This document shows, in pieces, positions 9,834-19,336 of a DNA stretch of 49,628 nucleotides. This stretch comes from an uncultured Oscillospiraceae bacterium (GTDB lineage Bacteria > Bacillota > Clostridia > Oscillospirales > Oscillospiraceae): positions 1-49,628 of the forward strand of contig CALWWF010000147.1 in NCBI GenBank assembly GCA_944385165.1, written 5' to 3'. The notes beneath the pieces are model-generated. The model ran no database searches and was not told where the DNA came from. It saw nothing but the letters and a program-made list of their open reading frames with translations. Position 1 is the first letter of the stretch; each line of letters opens with the position of its first letter. Made by a program: the position numbers and the translations under genes.

Positions 9834-11327
9834 TTGTCCTTGTCCTACAACATTCCGTTTCTCAGCATCCTCCTCGCCCTGGTCAGCGCCCTTCTGGTCC
9901 CCCTGCTTCGGGATGGGGGGCGGGCGCTGAACCTGGTGCGGGGGGTGCAGCTGGCCGTGGCGGCGGGGTCTGCCTATCTGCTCCAGGTTCTGTGCCAGAC
10001 GCAGCGGTACTTCACCTTTCAAATGGGCCACTTTCCCGCCCCCTGGGGCAACGAACTGCGGGCCGGGCCCCTGGAGGCCCTCCTGGCCTTGATTTTCAGC
10101 GTGGTGATGCTCCTCTCCCTGACCGCCGGGGCCCGGGAGCTGCGGGAGTCCCTGCGCCCGGAGAAGCTGGGGTGGTACTGCCTGCTGATGCAGCTGCTGT
10201 TCGGGGCGCTGCTGGCCATGGTGTACACCGACGATCTGTTCACCGCCTATGTCTTTGTGGAGATCGGGGCGGTGACCGCCTGCATCGCGGTGGCGGCCAA
10301 GGAGAGCGGCCGCTCCATCGTCTCCGCCATCCGGTATCTCATGTTCAGCTGTCTGGGCTCGGGATTGATGCTTCTGGGGATCTCGATCCTGTACAGCCTC
10401 ACCGGCCAGCTCCTCTTTGACGACTTGGAGACGGCGGTGGTCCTGCTGGTAACAGCGGGGGAGTACCGCTTCCCCATGGTGGTGTCCGCCCTGCTGCTGA
10501 CCCTGGGGCTGTCCATCAAAAGCGCTCAGTTCCCCTTCCACGCCTGGCTGCCCGATGCCCACGCCAGCACCTTCACCGCCTCCAGCGCCATTTTGTCCGG
10601 CCTGGTGCTCAAGGGCTATCTGGTCATCATCTTCAAGCTGATCCTGCGGGTGTTCGGCCAGGCCCTGCTGGTGGCGGTGTGCGTGGACGACCTGCTGTTT
10701 CTGCTGGGACTGACAGGGATGCTGTTTGCCTCGGTGGCCGCTCTGCGGCAGGAGGAGGTCAAGCGGATGATCGCCTACTCCTCCTCGGCCCAGATCTCCT
10801 ACATCTTCCTGGCCCTGGGGCTGGGGAGCCGGGAGGGGCTGGTGGCGGCGGCCTATCAGATCGTGGTCCACGCCATGACCAAGTCCATGATCTTCCTGGG
10901 GGCGGGGGAGATGATCCGTGCCAGCGGCGGCCACTACTGGGGGGAGCTGCGGGGGGCGGCCCGAATGGCCCCTCTGGGGGGACTGGCCTTCACGGTGGGG
11001 GGGCTCTCCCTGTGTGGGCTGCCTCTGCTGGCGGGCTTTTCCGCCAAATATTGCATTGCCGGGGCGGCGCTGGATGCGGAGTGGCAGACTCTGCCCGCCC
11101 TCTTTGGACTGGCGGCCAGCTCGGTGCTCAACGCCATGTACTACATCCCCGCCATCCTGGCTATCTGGGGCCGGCGGCGGGCCTCCCAGGAGCAGCCTCT
11201 GGTGTGGGAGCATGGAAACTGGATGGGCCAGGGGGCGCTGGTGGTCCTGTTGGCGGGCAATGTGCTGCTGGGGACCGCCTTCGGTCCCGTGCGGGAGCTG
11301 CTGCGCCTGGGCGTGACGCTGTTTTGA
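9834..11327 (+). CDS. MrpD/NuoMN-like proton-translocating subunit 1
   Basis: DLFTAYVFVE, IKSAQFPFHAWLPDAH, KRMIAYSS, GFSAK; about 14 TM segments. Confidence 0.9.
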   Translation: MSLSYNIPFLSILLALVSALLVPLLRDGGRALNLVRGVQLAVAAGSAYLLQVLCQTQRYFTFQMGHFPAPWGNELRAGPLEALLALIFSVVMLLSLTAGARELRESLRPEKLGWYCLLMQLLFGALLAMVYTDDLFTAYVFVEIGAVTACIAVAAKESGRSIVSAIRYLMFSCLGSGLMLLGISILYSLTGQLLFDDLETAVVLLVTAGEYRFPMVVSALLLTLGLSIKSAQFPFHAWLPDAHASTFTASSAILSGLVLKGYLVIIFKLILRVFGQALLVAVCVDDLLFLLGLTGMLFASVAALRQEEVKRMIAYSSSAQISYIFLALGLGSREGLVAAAYQIVVHAMTKSMIFLGAGEMIRASGGHYWGELRGAARMAPLGGLAFTVGGLSLCGLPLLAGFSAKYCIAGAALDAEWQTLPALFGLAASSVLNAMYYIPAILAIWGRRRASQEQPLVWEHGNWMGQGALVVLLAGNVLLGTAFGPVRELLRLGVTLF

Positions 11328-11366
11328 CTGCCCTGAGTGGAATCTATCAGGAGAGGAGGGGACGAG

Positions 11367-12839
11367 ATGACGGGAATTTGGCTGCTGTTGCCCATTCTGT
11401 TCCCCCTGGCGGGGGGGATCGGGGTGCTGGGCATCCACTCCAGCCGGATACGTCGGATGGTGATTTTTACACTGCTGGCAGTGCAGCTGGCGCTGGTATT
11501 CGGGATCGGCGGCCAGGCGGAGGGCCCGGTCACAGTGCTCTCCCTGGCGGGAGGCGTGCGCCTGGTGCTCCAGGCGGACGCCCTGGGGCGGCTGTTTGCC
11601 GGATTGATCTGCGCTGTGTGGCTGGCGGTGGCGGTCTTCGCCTTTGAGTATATGAACCACGAGGGCCATCGGGAGCGGTTCTTCGGCTTCTATCTGATGA
11701 CCCTGGGGGCCATGATGGGGGTGTGCTTTGCGGGCAACCTGGTCACCCTCTATCTGTTTTATGAAATAATGACCCTGCTCTCCGTCCCTCTGGTGCTCCA
11801 CATCGGCACCCGGAAGGCCTTTGAGGCGGCCTACCGCTATCTGGGCTTCTCTGTGGCGGGGGCGGCCCTGGGCCTTCTGGGCCTGTTCGTGCTCCAGGGC
11901 TACTGCACCACTGACCTGTTCACCCCCGGCGGGGTGCTGGACGCCCTGCGGGCGGGGGAGGACCGGGAGCTGCTGCTGGGAGTGTTTCTGGTGATGGCCA
12001 TCGGCTTTGGCTGTAAGGCGGGGATGTTCCCCCTCCATGCCTGGCTGCCCATCGCCCACCCGGTGGCCCCGGCCCCGGCCTCGGCGGTGCTCTCCGGCCT
12101 GATCACCAAGATGGGGGTGCTGGCCCTGATACGGGTGGTGTACTACCTGTTCGGCTGGTCCTTTTTGGACGGCACCTGGGCCCAGCGGACGGTGCTGGTG
12201 CTCGCCCTGATCACAGTATTTATGGGCTCCTCCCTGGCCCTTCGGGAGGATACCCTGAAAAAGCGCCTGGCCTACTCCACCGTTAGCCAGGTGTCCTATG
12301 TGATCTTCGGGCTGATGCTCTTTCACCCCCTGGCCCTGGAGGGGGCGCTGCTCCAGGCGGTGTTCCACGCCATCGGGAAAAACGCCCTGTTTATGGCCAC
12401 CGGCGCCATCATCTATCAGACCCACTTGACCCAGGTCTCCCAGCTGCGGGGGGTAGGGGGAGCGTACAGCATCACCATGTGGTGCTTTGCCCTGGCCTCC
12501 CTCTCCCTGGTGGGCATCCCCCCCACCGGAGGGTTTGTGAGCAAGTGGTTTCTGGCGGAGGGGGCCCTGGCGGCGGACGGCGGCCCCATGGCTTTCTGGG
12601 GGGTCGGCGTGCTGATGGTCTCCGCCCTGCTGACGGCGGGGTATCTGCTGCCCATTGTGGTGCGGGCCTTCTTCCCGGGCAAGGGGTTTGATCATAAGGC
12701 GGTAATCCGCCAGCAGAACACCTGGCTGATGTGGATCACCCTGTGCCTGCTCACCGGCGCGGTGGTGGTGCTGGGGATGTTCCCCGGTGTGCTGGAGCCC
12801 GCCCTTCAGGGGATCGTGGGCCCCATGTTCCCCGGATAA
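11367..12839 (+). CDS. MrpD-like proton-translocating subunit 2
   Basis: LYLFYE, KAGMFPLHAWLPIAHPVAPAPASAVLSGLITK, KKRLAYST, GFVSKW. Confidence 0.9.
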   Translation: MTGIWLLLPILFPLAGGIGVLGIHSSRIRRMVIFTLLAVQLALVFGIGGQAEGPVTVLSLAGGVRLVLQADALGRLFAGLICAVWLAVAVFAFEYMNHEGHRERFFGFYLMTLGAMMGVCFAGNLVTLYLFYEIMTLLSVPLVLHIGTRKAFEAAYRYLGFSVAGAALGLLGLFVLQGYCTTDLFTPGGVLDALRAGEDRELLLGVFLVMAIGFGCKAGMFPLHAWLPIAHPVAPAPASAVLSGLITKMGVLALIRVVYYLFGWSFLDGTWAQRTVLVLALITVFMGSSLALREDTLKKRLAYSTVSQVSYVIFGLMLFHPLALEGALLQAVFHAIGKNALFMATGAIIYQTHLTQVSQLRGVGGAYSITMWCFALASLSLVGIPPTGGFVSKWFLAEGALAADGGPMAFWGVGVLMVSALLTAGYLLPIVVRAFFPGKGFDHKAVIRQQNTWLMWITLCLLTGAVVVLGMFPGVLEPALQGIVGPMFPG

Positions 12840-12863
12840 CTTGGGAGAGGAGGGAGAAAATCC

Positions 12864-14324
12864 ATGTGGATGCTGCTGGCCATTGTGCTGCCCATGCTAG
12901 CGGGGGGCGTTTTGGCCCTCTGGCGGCCTTATGACCGAATACGTCTGCAGAATTTTGTGGTGGCGGCGGCCTGTCTGGGGGCGGCCTGCGCCCTGACGGC
13001 GGTCTTGACCCTGCGGGGGGAGGAGGCGCTGGTGCTTCTCTCCCTGGGGGATAAGCTGTCCATCGCCTTCCGGGTGGATGGACTCTCCTGCGTCTTTGCC
13101 GGGCTGGTGTCGGTGCTGTGGCCGCTGGCCTGCCTGTACGCGGTGGAGTACATGAGCCGGGAGGGGAGCGAGAACCGGTTCTTCGTCTTCTACCTCATCA
13201 GCTTCGGGGTGACCTTGGGCATCGCCTTCTCCGCCAACGTGCTGACCATGTATCTGTTTTATGAGCTGCTCACCCTGGCCACCCTGCCCCTGGTGATGCA
13301 CGCCATGGACAGCAAGGCCCGGTACGCCGGGCGGGTGTATCTCACCTACTCCATGTGCGGGGCGGCCCTGGGGTTTATCGCCATGGTGATGATGATCGAG
13401 CACGGGGCGTTATTTTTCCAGTTCGGGGGCAGCGTCGCCGCCCCCGCCCGGAAAGAGGAAGTGCTGCGCCTGGCCTATGTCCTGGGGTTCTTCGGCTTTG
13501 GGGTGAAGGCGGCGGTGTTCCCCGGGCATAAGTGGCTGCTGCGGGCCTCGGTGGCCCCCACGCCGGTGACCGCGCTGCTCCATGCGGTGGCGGTGGTGAA
13601 GGCGGGGGCCTTCGCGGTGGCCCGGATCACCTGGTACGGCTTCGGTCCCGACCTGCTGCGGGGCAGCTGGGCGCAATATCTGGTGATGGGGGCGGCCCTG
13701 TTTACCATCCTCTACGGTTCCTCCAAGGCCCTGCGCACCAAGCACCTGAAGCGGAGGCTGGCCTGGTCCACCATCAGCAACCTCTCCTACATTCTCCTTG
13801 GCATCGCCACCCTCACCACCGGGGGGCTCATCGCCGGGATGGTCCACCTGGTGGTCCATGGGGTGCTGAAGATCACCCTGTTCTTCTGCGTGGGCGCGGT
13901 CCACTATAAGATGCACCGGGACTTTGTGCCCGATGTGGAGGGGTGCGGCGTGCTGATGCCGGTGGTGTTCGGTTGCTTCGCCGTGGCGGCGCTGGGGCTG
14001 ATGGGGGTGCCGCCCCTGGCGGGCTTCTCCAGCAAGTGGCTGCTGGCCACGGCGGCGGTGGGCCTGGGGGAAGGGATCGGCTATGGGGCGGCGGCGGTCC
14101 TCATCGCCTCTGCCATTTTGACCGCCCTGTACCTCATGGAGATCGTGCTGCTGGCCTTCTTCCCCCGGCAGAACCGGCAGCTGTCCGTCCGGGTGCCTCC
14201 CCAGGCCCGGCGGGACCCCAATTTGCGCATGACCCTTCCCCTGGTGGTGCTGTCCGGCGGTTCGGTGGTGCTGGGCCTGGGGGCGGGGGGCCTGGAGCGG
14301 CTGCTGTCCGCTTTGATCCTTTGA
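12864..14324 (+). CDS. MrpA/NuoL-type proton-translocating subunit 3
   Basis: MYLFYE, KAAVFP, APTPVTALLHAVAVVKAG (His-type TM8 as in NuoL/MrpA), GFSSKW. Confidence 0.87.
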   Translation: MWMLLAIVLPMLAGGVLALWRPYDRIRLQNFVVAAACLGAACALTAVLTLRGEEALVLLSLGDKLSIAFRVDGLSCVFAGLVSVLWPLACLYAVEYMSREGSENRFFVFYLISFGVTLGIAFSANVLTMYLFYELLTLATLPLVMHAMDSKARYAGRVYLTYSMCGAALGFIAMVMMIEHGALFFQFGGSVAAPARKEEVLRLAYVLGFFGFGVKAAVFPGHKWLLRASVAPTPVTALLHAVAVVKAGAFAVARITWYGFGPDLLRGSWAQYLVMGAALFTILYGSSKALRTKHLKRRLAWSTISNLSYILLGIATLTTGGLIAGMVHLVVHGVLKITLFFCVGAVHYKMHRDFVPDVEGCGVLMPVVFGCFAVAALGLMGVPPLAGFSSKWLLATAAVGLGEGIGYGAAAVLIASAILTALYLMEIVLLAFFPRQNRQLSVRVPPQARRDPNLRMTLPLVVLSGGSVVLGLGAGGLERLLSALIL

Positions 14325-14351
14325 ACGCATTCACGGTGAGGAGGTGAGGAG

Positions 14352-16391
14352 ATGCCGCGATTTCTGCTCTTTCCGGTGTTTTTCCCCTTTTTAGCGGGGC
14401 TGTTTGCCTATCTGCTGGGCCGCTGGCAGGAGAAGGCCCGGGATATGTTCGTGCTGTCCGCGTCGGCCATGGAGCTGCTGCTGGTGCTGACAATCCTGAC
14501 CAATCCGGAGCTGTCCAGCGCCTCCTACACTGTAGAGGGGTTCTGCGCTCTGGGCATCCGGTTCCAGGCGGAGGGCTTCCATACCCTGATGGCCCTGCTC
14601 ACCGCCACGGGGTGGATGGCGGCCTCGGTGTTCTGCCGGGAGTACATGGTCCATGTGAAGAAGCAAAACCGCTTCTACCTCTTCTGGATGATGACCCTGG
14701 GGGCCACCATGGGGGTGTTCCTGTCCGGGGACCTGTTTACAGCTTTCCTCTTTTTTGAGGTCATGTCCTTTACCTCCTTCGTCCTGGTGGTCCAGACTGA
14801 GGAGCCCCAGGCCCTTCAGGCCGGGGACACCTATCTGGCGGTGGCGGTCATCGGCGGTCTGGCGGCCCTCACGGGGCTGTTTCTCTTCTACTACCAGCTG
14901 GGCACTCTAGACCTGGAGCAAATGGGGGCCGCAGCGGCGGGAGTGGAGGACCGGGGGCTTTTGTGGGCCGGGGCCATTTTGGTGCTCATCGGCTTTGGGG
15001 CCAAGGCGGGGGCCTTCCCCCTGCACATCTGGCTGCCCACCGCCCACCCGGCGGCGCCCGCCCCCGCCTCGGCGGTGCTGTCCGGCGTCATCACCAAGAC
15101 GGGGATCTACGGCGTGCTGGTGCTGTCCACCACCATCTTCCTCCACGACGGGAGCTGGGGGCTCCTGCTGGCGGCGGTGGGGGCGGTGACCATGGTGCTG
15201 GGGGCGGTGCTGGCGGTGTGCTCGGTGGATCTAAAGCGAACCCTGGCTTGCTCCTCCATCTCCCAGATCGGCTTTATCCTGGTGGGCACCGCCATGCAGT
15301 GCCTGCTGGGGGAGCACAACGCCCTGGCGGTGGACGGGAGCATCCTGCACATTTTGAACCACTCCCTCATCAAAATGGTGCTCTTCCCCCTGGCGGGCAT
15401 CATTCACCTGTCCACCCACTCCTTTGATTTGAACGACATCCGGGGATTTGGCCGGGGCAAGCCTATGCTGGCCCTTCTCATGGGGGTGCCCATGTTCAGC
15501 CTGGCGGGGGTGCCCGCCCTCAACGGATATGTGAGCAAGACCCTCCTCCACGAGAGCATTGTGGAGTACATCCCCATGGCGGGGGAGTACGCCTCCCTCT
15601 TCTCCGCTCTGGAGGGGCTGTTCCTGTTCAGCGGCGGGCTGACCATGGCCTATATGCTGAAACTGTTTGTCTGCCTCTTTGTCCAGAAGAACCCTCTGCC
15701 CCAGCAGGCGCTGGAGAAAAAGTGGCGCAGGAAGGGAGAGCATTACATCGCCCCCGCCTCTCTGGGGGTGCTGGCCCTCTACCTGCTGGTGATGGTCCGT
15801 CTGGGCACCGAGCCCAATGTGTCTGGGGACCCCATTGCCGCCTTTGCCCGGGACTTCCTCCACGGCCACGCCCCGGACCACCCGGTGGAGTATTTTTCCC
15901 AGGTCAATCTGGAGGGAGCGGCCATTTCTCTGGGGATCGGCGCGGTCATTTACCTTCTGGTGGTGCGGCTGCTGCTGTACCGCCGGGGGAAGTACTGGGA
16001 CCCCATCCCGCCCTGGCTTAATCTGGAGTTTCGGGTGTACCGCCCCGCCCTTCGCTTCCTGGCCCAGACGGCGGTGGTGCTGGCCACCTTGGTGGACCGG
16101 GCCGGGCCCAGGCTGCTATTCGAGGCTCTGCCCAAGCAGGTGGGGCGGCTCCAGCGGAGTTTGGCGGCCCTGCGGGACCGGGCGGTGGTCCGCCTGACCG
16201 GGAGCGCCTACACGCCGCCTCCCTCGGTGGAGCAGGCGGCGGACGACTACCACTTTGCCCACTATGAGGACGCCCCTCAGCGCTCCGGAGGCTTTGTCAA
16301 CTCTCTGGCCTTCGGTCTGATCCTCACCGGCCTGGGGCTGGTTTTTGGCCTGCTGTTTATCCTGCTGTACGGGATGGGAGGAGAATTCTAA
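14352..16391 (+). CDS. MrpD/NuoL-like proton-translocating subunit 4 with a long C-terminal extension
   Basis: FLFFE, KAGAFPLHIWLPTAHPAAPAPASAVLSGVITK, NGYVSK; about 180 extra C-terminal residues ending in a TM helix. Confidence 0.87.
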   Translation: MPRFLLFPVFFPFLAGLFAYLLGRWQEKARDMFVLSASAMELLLVLTILTNPELSSASYTVEGFCALGIRFQAEGFHTLMALLTATGWMAASVFCREYMVHVKKQNRFYLFWMMTLGATMGVFLSGDLFTAFLFFEVMSFTSFVLVVQTEEPQALQAGDTYLAVAVIGGLAALTGLFLFYYQLGTLDLEQMGAAAAGVEDRGLLWAGAILVLIGFGAKAGAFPLHIWLPTAHPAAPAPASAVLSGVITKTGIYGVLVLSTTIFLHDGSWGLLLAAVGAVTMVLGAVLAVCSVDLKRTLACSSISQIGFILVGTAMQCLLGEHNALAVDGSILHILNHSLIKMVLFPLAGIIHLSTHSFDLNDIRGFGRGKPMLALLMGVPMFSLAGVPALNGYVSKTLLHESIVEYIPMAGEYASLFSALEGLFLFSGGLTMAYMLKLFVCLFVQKNPLPQQALEKKWRRKGEHYIAPASLGVLALYLLVMVRLGTEPNVSGDPIAAFARDFLHGHAPDHPVEYFSQVNLEGAAISLGIGAVIYLLVVRLLLYRRGKYWDPIPPWLNLEFRVYRPALRFLAQTAVVLATLVDRAGPRLLFEALPKQVGRLQRSLAALRDRAVVRLTGSAYTPPPSVEQAADDYHFAHYEDAPQRSGGFVNSLAFGLILTGLGLVFGLLFILLYGMGGEF

Positions 16392-16448
16392 GGAGAAAAT
16401 ACAACCGAAATTGGTCGGACGGGAAAAAATATTGCCCGTCCTCCGCAA

Positions 16449-16476
16449 GTATGAAAGTTCCCGCCCGGGAGATACT
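16449..16476 (+). promoter_or_regulatory. Probable sigma-F/G-type promoter of sigG
   Basis: GTATG-14 bp-GGAGATACT resembles the forespore sigma consensus (GYATA / GGnnAnAnT). Confidence 0.55.
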
Positions 16477-16514
16477 GGAGTTAAACGGTATCACCTGGGC
16501 GGGAGGTTTTTTGG

Positions 16515-17285
16515 ATGCAGAACAAGGTGGAACTCTGCGGCGTCAATACCGCGAAGCTGAAGGTGCTGAAAAATGAGGAGACCCAGGCCCTGCTCCTCAA
16601 GGCCAAGGCGGGGGACAAAAAGGCCCGGGAGGAGCTGATCAACGGCAATCTGCGCCTGGTGCTGTCGGTGATCCACAAGTTCGCCAACCGGGGGGAGAAT
16701 GTGGACGACCTGTTTCAGGTGGGGTGCATCGGGCTCATCAAGGCCATCGACAACTTTAATACGGACCTGGACGTGCGCTTTTCCACCTATGGGGTGCCCA
16801 TGATCGTGGGGGAGATCCGCCGCTATCTCCGGGACAACAGCACCATCCGGGTGTCCCGGGCCATGCGGGATACGGCCTATAAAGTGCTCCAGGCCAAGGA
16901 GGCCTACCTGGCCAAGCACCAGAAGGAGCCCACCGTGGAGGAGATCGCGCAGATTCTGGGCATCAAGCGGGAAGAGGTGGTGTTCGCCCTGGACGCCATC
17001 TTAGACCCGGTGTCCCTGTACGAGCCCATCTACTCCGACAGCGGGGACACGGTGTGCGTCATGGACCAGGTGAAGGACAAGAAGAACACCGACGAGGCCT
17101 GGCTGGAGCGCATCGCCTTGAAGGAGGCGGTCTCCCGCCTGAGCCAGCGGGAGCAGAAGATCCTGGCTATGCGCTTTTTCCAGAGCAAGACCCAGATGGA
17201 GGTGTCCGAGGAGATCGGCATCTCTCAGGCCCAGGTCTCCCGGCTGGAGAAGAACGCCCTGCGGCAGATCCGTAAGGAGCTGTGA
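16515..17285 (+). CDS. sigG: Sporulation sigma factor G
   Basis: N-terminus NKVELCGVNTAKL characteristic of SigG; DDLFQVGCIGLIKAIDNF; TQMEVSEEIGISQAQVSRLEK. Confidence 0.96.
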   Translation: MQNKVELCGVNTAKLKVLKNEETQALLLKAKAGDKKAREELINGNLRLVLSVIHKFANRGENVDDLFQVGCIGLIKAIDNFNTDLDVRFSTYGVPMIVGEIRRYLRDNSTIRVSRAMRDTAYKVLQAKEAYLAKHQKEPTVEEIAQILGIKREEVVFALDAILDPVSLYEPIYSDSGDTVCVMDQVKDKKNTDEAWLERIALKEAVSRLSQREQKILAMRFFQSKTQMEVSEEIGISQAQVSRLEKNALRQIRKEL

Positions 17286-17300
17286 CCGCCGGGGAAACAT

Positions 17301-17344
17301 AAAACAAAACTCCCGCAGCGTGATCCGCTGTGGGAGTTTTGTTT
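17301..17344. terminator. Bidirectional terminator between convergent sigG and the MATE gene
   Basis: aaaacaaaactcccgcagcg-tgatc-cgctgtgggagttttgttt. Confidence 0.85.
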
Positions 17345-17369
17345 GCCGGGATAGGGAAGAAGAGAAATC

Positions 17370-18740
17370 TTAGCGGGATTCTCCAGGGGAGGTATCTTCG
17401 GTGGGGAGACGGTAGCCGATCCCCTTGCGCTCCAGGTAAAAGACGGTGGAGTGGAAGAGGACGATGACCACCCAGCCAAGGCCGGTGGACAGGGCCACCG
17501 CGTTCAGACCCAGCAGGCCCACCAGGGCGTAGGTGCCTACGACTCTCACTAAAATTTGAAGGGTGGTGCCCCAGAAGGTGATATTCATCCGCCCAATGCC
17601 CCGATAGTGGCCCACATAGGAGTGGCCGATGAAAGACAGGAAGTAGAAGGGGCCCATCCACAGCAGGTAGGAGGCCCCCAGGGCCACGCTCTCCGGCTCC
17701 CCCGCCAGGAATGGGGTGACCAGAAGGCCGCCGCCGAAGGTCAGCAGCAGGGAGAAGCACACGCCGGTCCCCACCACCATGGCCCCGCCCCGGAGGAAGC
17801 CGTTCAGAGCCCGGCGGTATTTGCCCGCCCCCTGGTTTTGGGCCACGAAGATGGCGATGGCCTCGCAGCCGCTGATGCCGAAGGCCTGGCTGAAGTTTTC
17901 AATGCGGGTGGTGGCGGTGAAAGCGGAGATGGCGGCGGTGCTGATGCCGTTGACGGCGCTTTGCACCATCAGCTTGCCCAGATAGAGGCTGGACTGCTGA
18001 AGGGCGGCCACCGCCCCATAGCTGACGGTCAGGCGCATAAGGGTGCCGTCCATGCGCATATCCACCCGCCGGATGGCCAGGAAGGGGAGCTTTTTTCGGA
18101 TATACAGCAGGCACAGCAGGGCGGAGAGGAGCTGGGCGCTGGAGGTGGCCAGGGCGGTGCCCTGGATGCCCAGACCCAGACAGGCCACCAGCACCCACGC
18201 CGCCGCCAGGTTGTACCCCAGGGAGATCAGCAGAAAGAAGAGGGCCGCCTGGGTGTTCCCAATGGCCCGGAGGGTGGCGGCCAGGTAGTTATAGGCAAAG
18301 GTGAAGACCATCCCCACCAGGATGATCCGCAGATAGCTGGTGACATAGGCCATCAGCTCCGCCGGGGTCTGGATGAGGGAGAGCAGAGGCCGCAAAAACA
18401 GCAGGGTGAGGGCCACCGCCGCCAGGACCGCCCCGCCGATGAGCACGCCGGAGACAAAGAGCTGCTGGCGCAGGCGGGGGAAGTTCTCTTCCCCGAAAAA
18501 GCGGGCCACCAGGACGGAGGAGCCCATACAGGCCCCGGTGATGACGTAGATGAACAGATTCATCACGCTCTCTGCCACCCCCAGGGCGGCGAAGGCGTCC
18601 CCACCGATGTAGTAGGTGACCACCAGAGAGTTGATGATGTTGTACAGCTGCTGAAGCACGTTGGCCGCCAGCAGAGGCAGGCATAACCGGATGAGCTGAC
18701 TGGTGATGGGGCCGGAGGTGAGATGGACCTGCTTAGACAC
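17370..18740 (-). CDS. MATE family efflux transporter
   Basis: LTSGPI...LLAANVLQQLYNI, LRAIGNT, FVAQNQGA; GTG start at 18740 after GGAGG. Confidence 0.93.
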   Translation of the reverse strand: MSKQVHLTSGPITSQLIRLCLPLLAANVLQQLYNIINSLVVTYYIGGDAFAALGVAESVMNLFIYVITGACMGSSVLVARFFGEENFPRLRQQLFVSGVLIGGAVLAAVALTLLFLRPLLSLIQTPAELMAYVTSYLRIILVGMVFTFAYNYLAATLRAIGNTQAALFFLLISLGYNLAAAWVLVACLGLGIQGTALATSSAQLLSALLCLLYIRKKLPFLAIRRVDMRMDGTLMRLTVSYGAVAALQQSSLYLGKLMVQSAVNGISTAAISAFTATTRIENFSQAFGISGCEAIAIFVAQNQGAGKYRRALNGFLRGGAMVVGTGVCFSLLLTFGGGLLVTPFLAGEPESVALGASYLLWMGPFYFLSFIGHSYVGHYRGIGRMNITFWGTTLQILVRVVGTYALVGLLGLNAVALSTGLGWVVIVLFHSTVFYLERKGIGYRLPTEDTSPGESR

Positions 18741-18876
18741 GAATGTGGACCTCCTCGGGAGTAATTGGCTCCCGGTCGGGGCCAGGGAGCGGATATTTCT
18801 ATCATACCCCAAAAGAAATCGTTTGTAAAATGCGATTTTTCTCGCGCAGTTATAACAGCATCCACATAATTTGTGA

Positions 18877-18905
18877 GAGAGGAAAATCCGAAGTCCCGAC
18901 CGAAT
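18877..18905 (+). promoter_or_regulatory. Probable sigma-H promoter of the spoIIA operon
   Basis: gagAGGAaaa...GAAT with 18 bp between AGGA and GAAT; spoIIA is sigma-H dependent in model spore formers. Confidence 0.55.
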
Positions 18906-19010
18906 ACGGCCAAATTTGACGGGGGCCTGTCCTATAATAGAGACATCCAGAATTTGGGCGCGCTTCCGTTTGCCGGGTTCGGCAGGGCCGCCGGAAGGGG
19001 GAGAGGCAGG

Positions 19011-19316
19011 ATGGCATTGACCTGCATGGGGGAGGACCGCTGCTTGACGGCGGCGGTGTCGGGGGAGCTGGACCACCACCGGGCCCGGGAGGTGATGGAG
19101 GAGCTGGACCGGCAGATCGACGCCGCGCTGCCCCGGCAGCTGACCTTAGACCTGTCCGGGCTCACCTTCACGGACAGCTCCGGCATCGCGGTGGTGCTGC
19201 GCACCTTCCGGCGGATGCGCCAGCTGGGGGGAAGCATGGTGGTGGTCCATGCTCCGGAGCAGGCCCGGCGGGTATTCCAGGCCGCGGGACTGGAAAAACT
19301 CATCCCATTTCAATAG
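19011..19316 (+). CDS. spoIIAA: Anti-anti-sigma F factor (STAS domain)
   Basis: GELDHH and TFTDSSGI (phosphorylatable Ser); first gene of the spoIIA operon. Confidence 0.92.
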   Translation: MALTCMGEDRCLTAAVSGELDHHRAREVMEELDRQIDAALPRQLTLDLSGLTFTDSSGIAVVLRTFRRMRQLGGSMVVVHAPEQARRVFQAAGLEKLIPFQ

Positions 19317-19336
19317 ACGCCAGGAGGATTTACATA

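Noticed and set aside
9396-12695. 1099-aa minus-strand ORF and similar long antisense ORFs (4890-6857, 25796-27862, 41159-42997, 43132-44964)
   Set aside because: They shadow well-supported genes on the opposite strand; expected from high-GC codon bias, with no recognisable motifs
18916-18938. TTGACG and TATAAT upstream of spoIIAA
   Set aside because: Only 11 bp apart, incompatible with a sigma-A promoter; a sigma-H-like site fits better
17370-19079. 569-aa version of the MATE ORF overlapping spoIIAA
   Set aside because: The MATE fold begins at GTG 18740 with a clear RBS; the upstream part crosses the divergent promoter region
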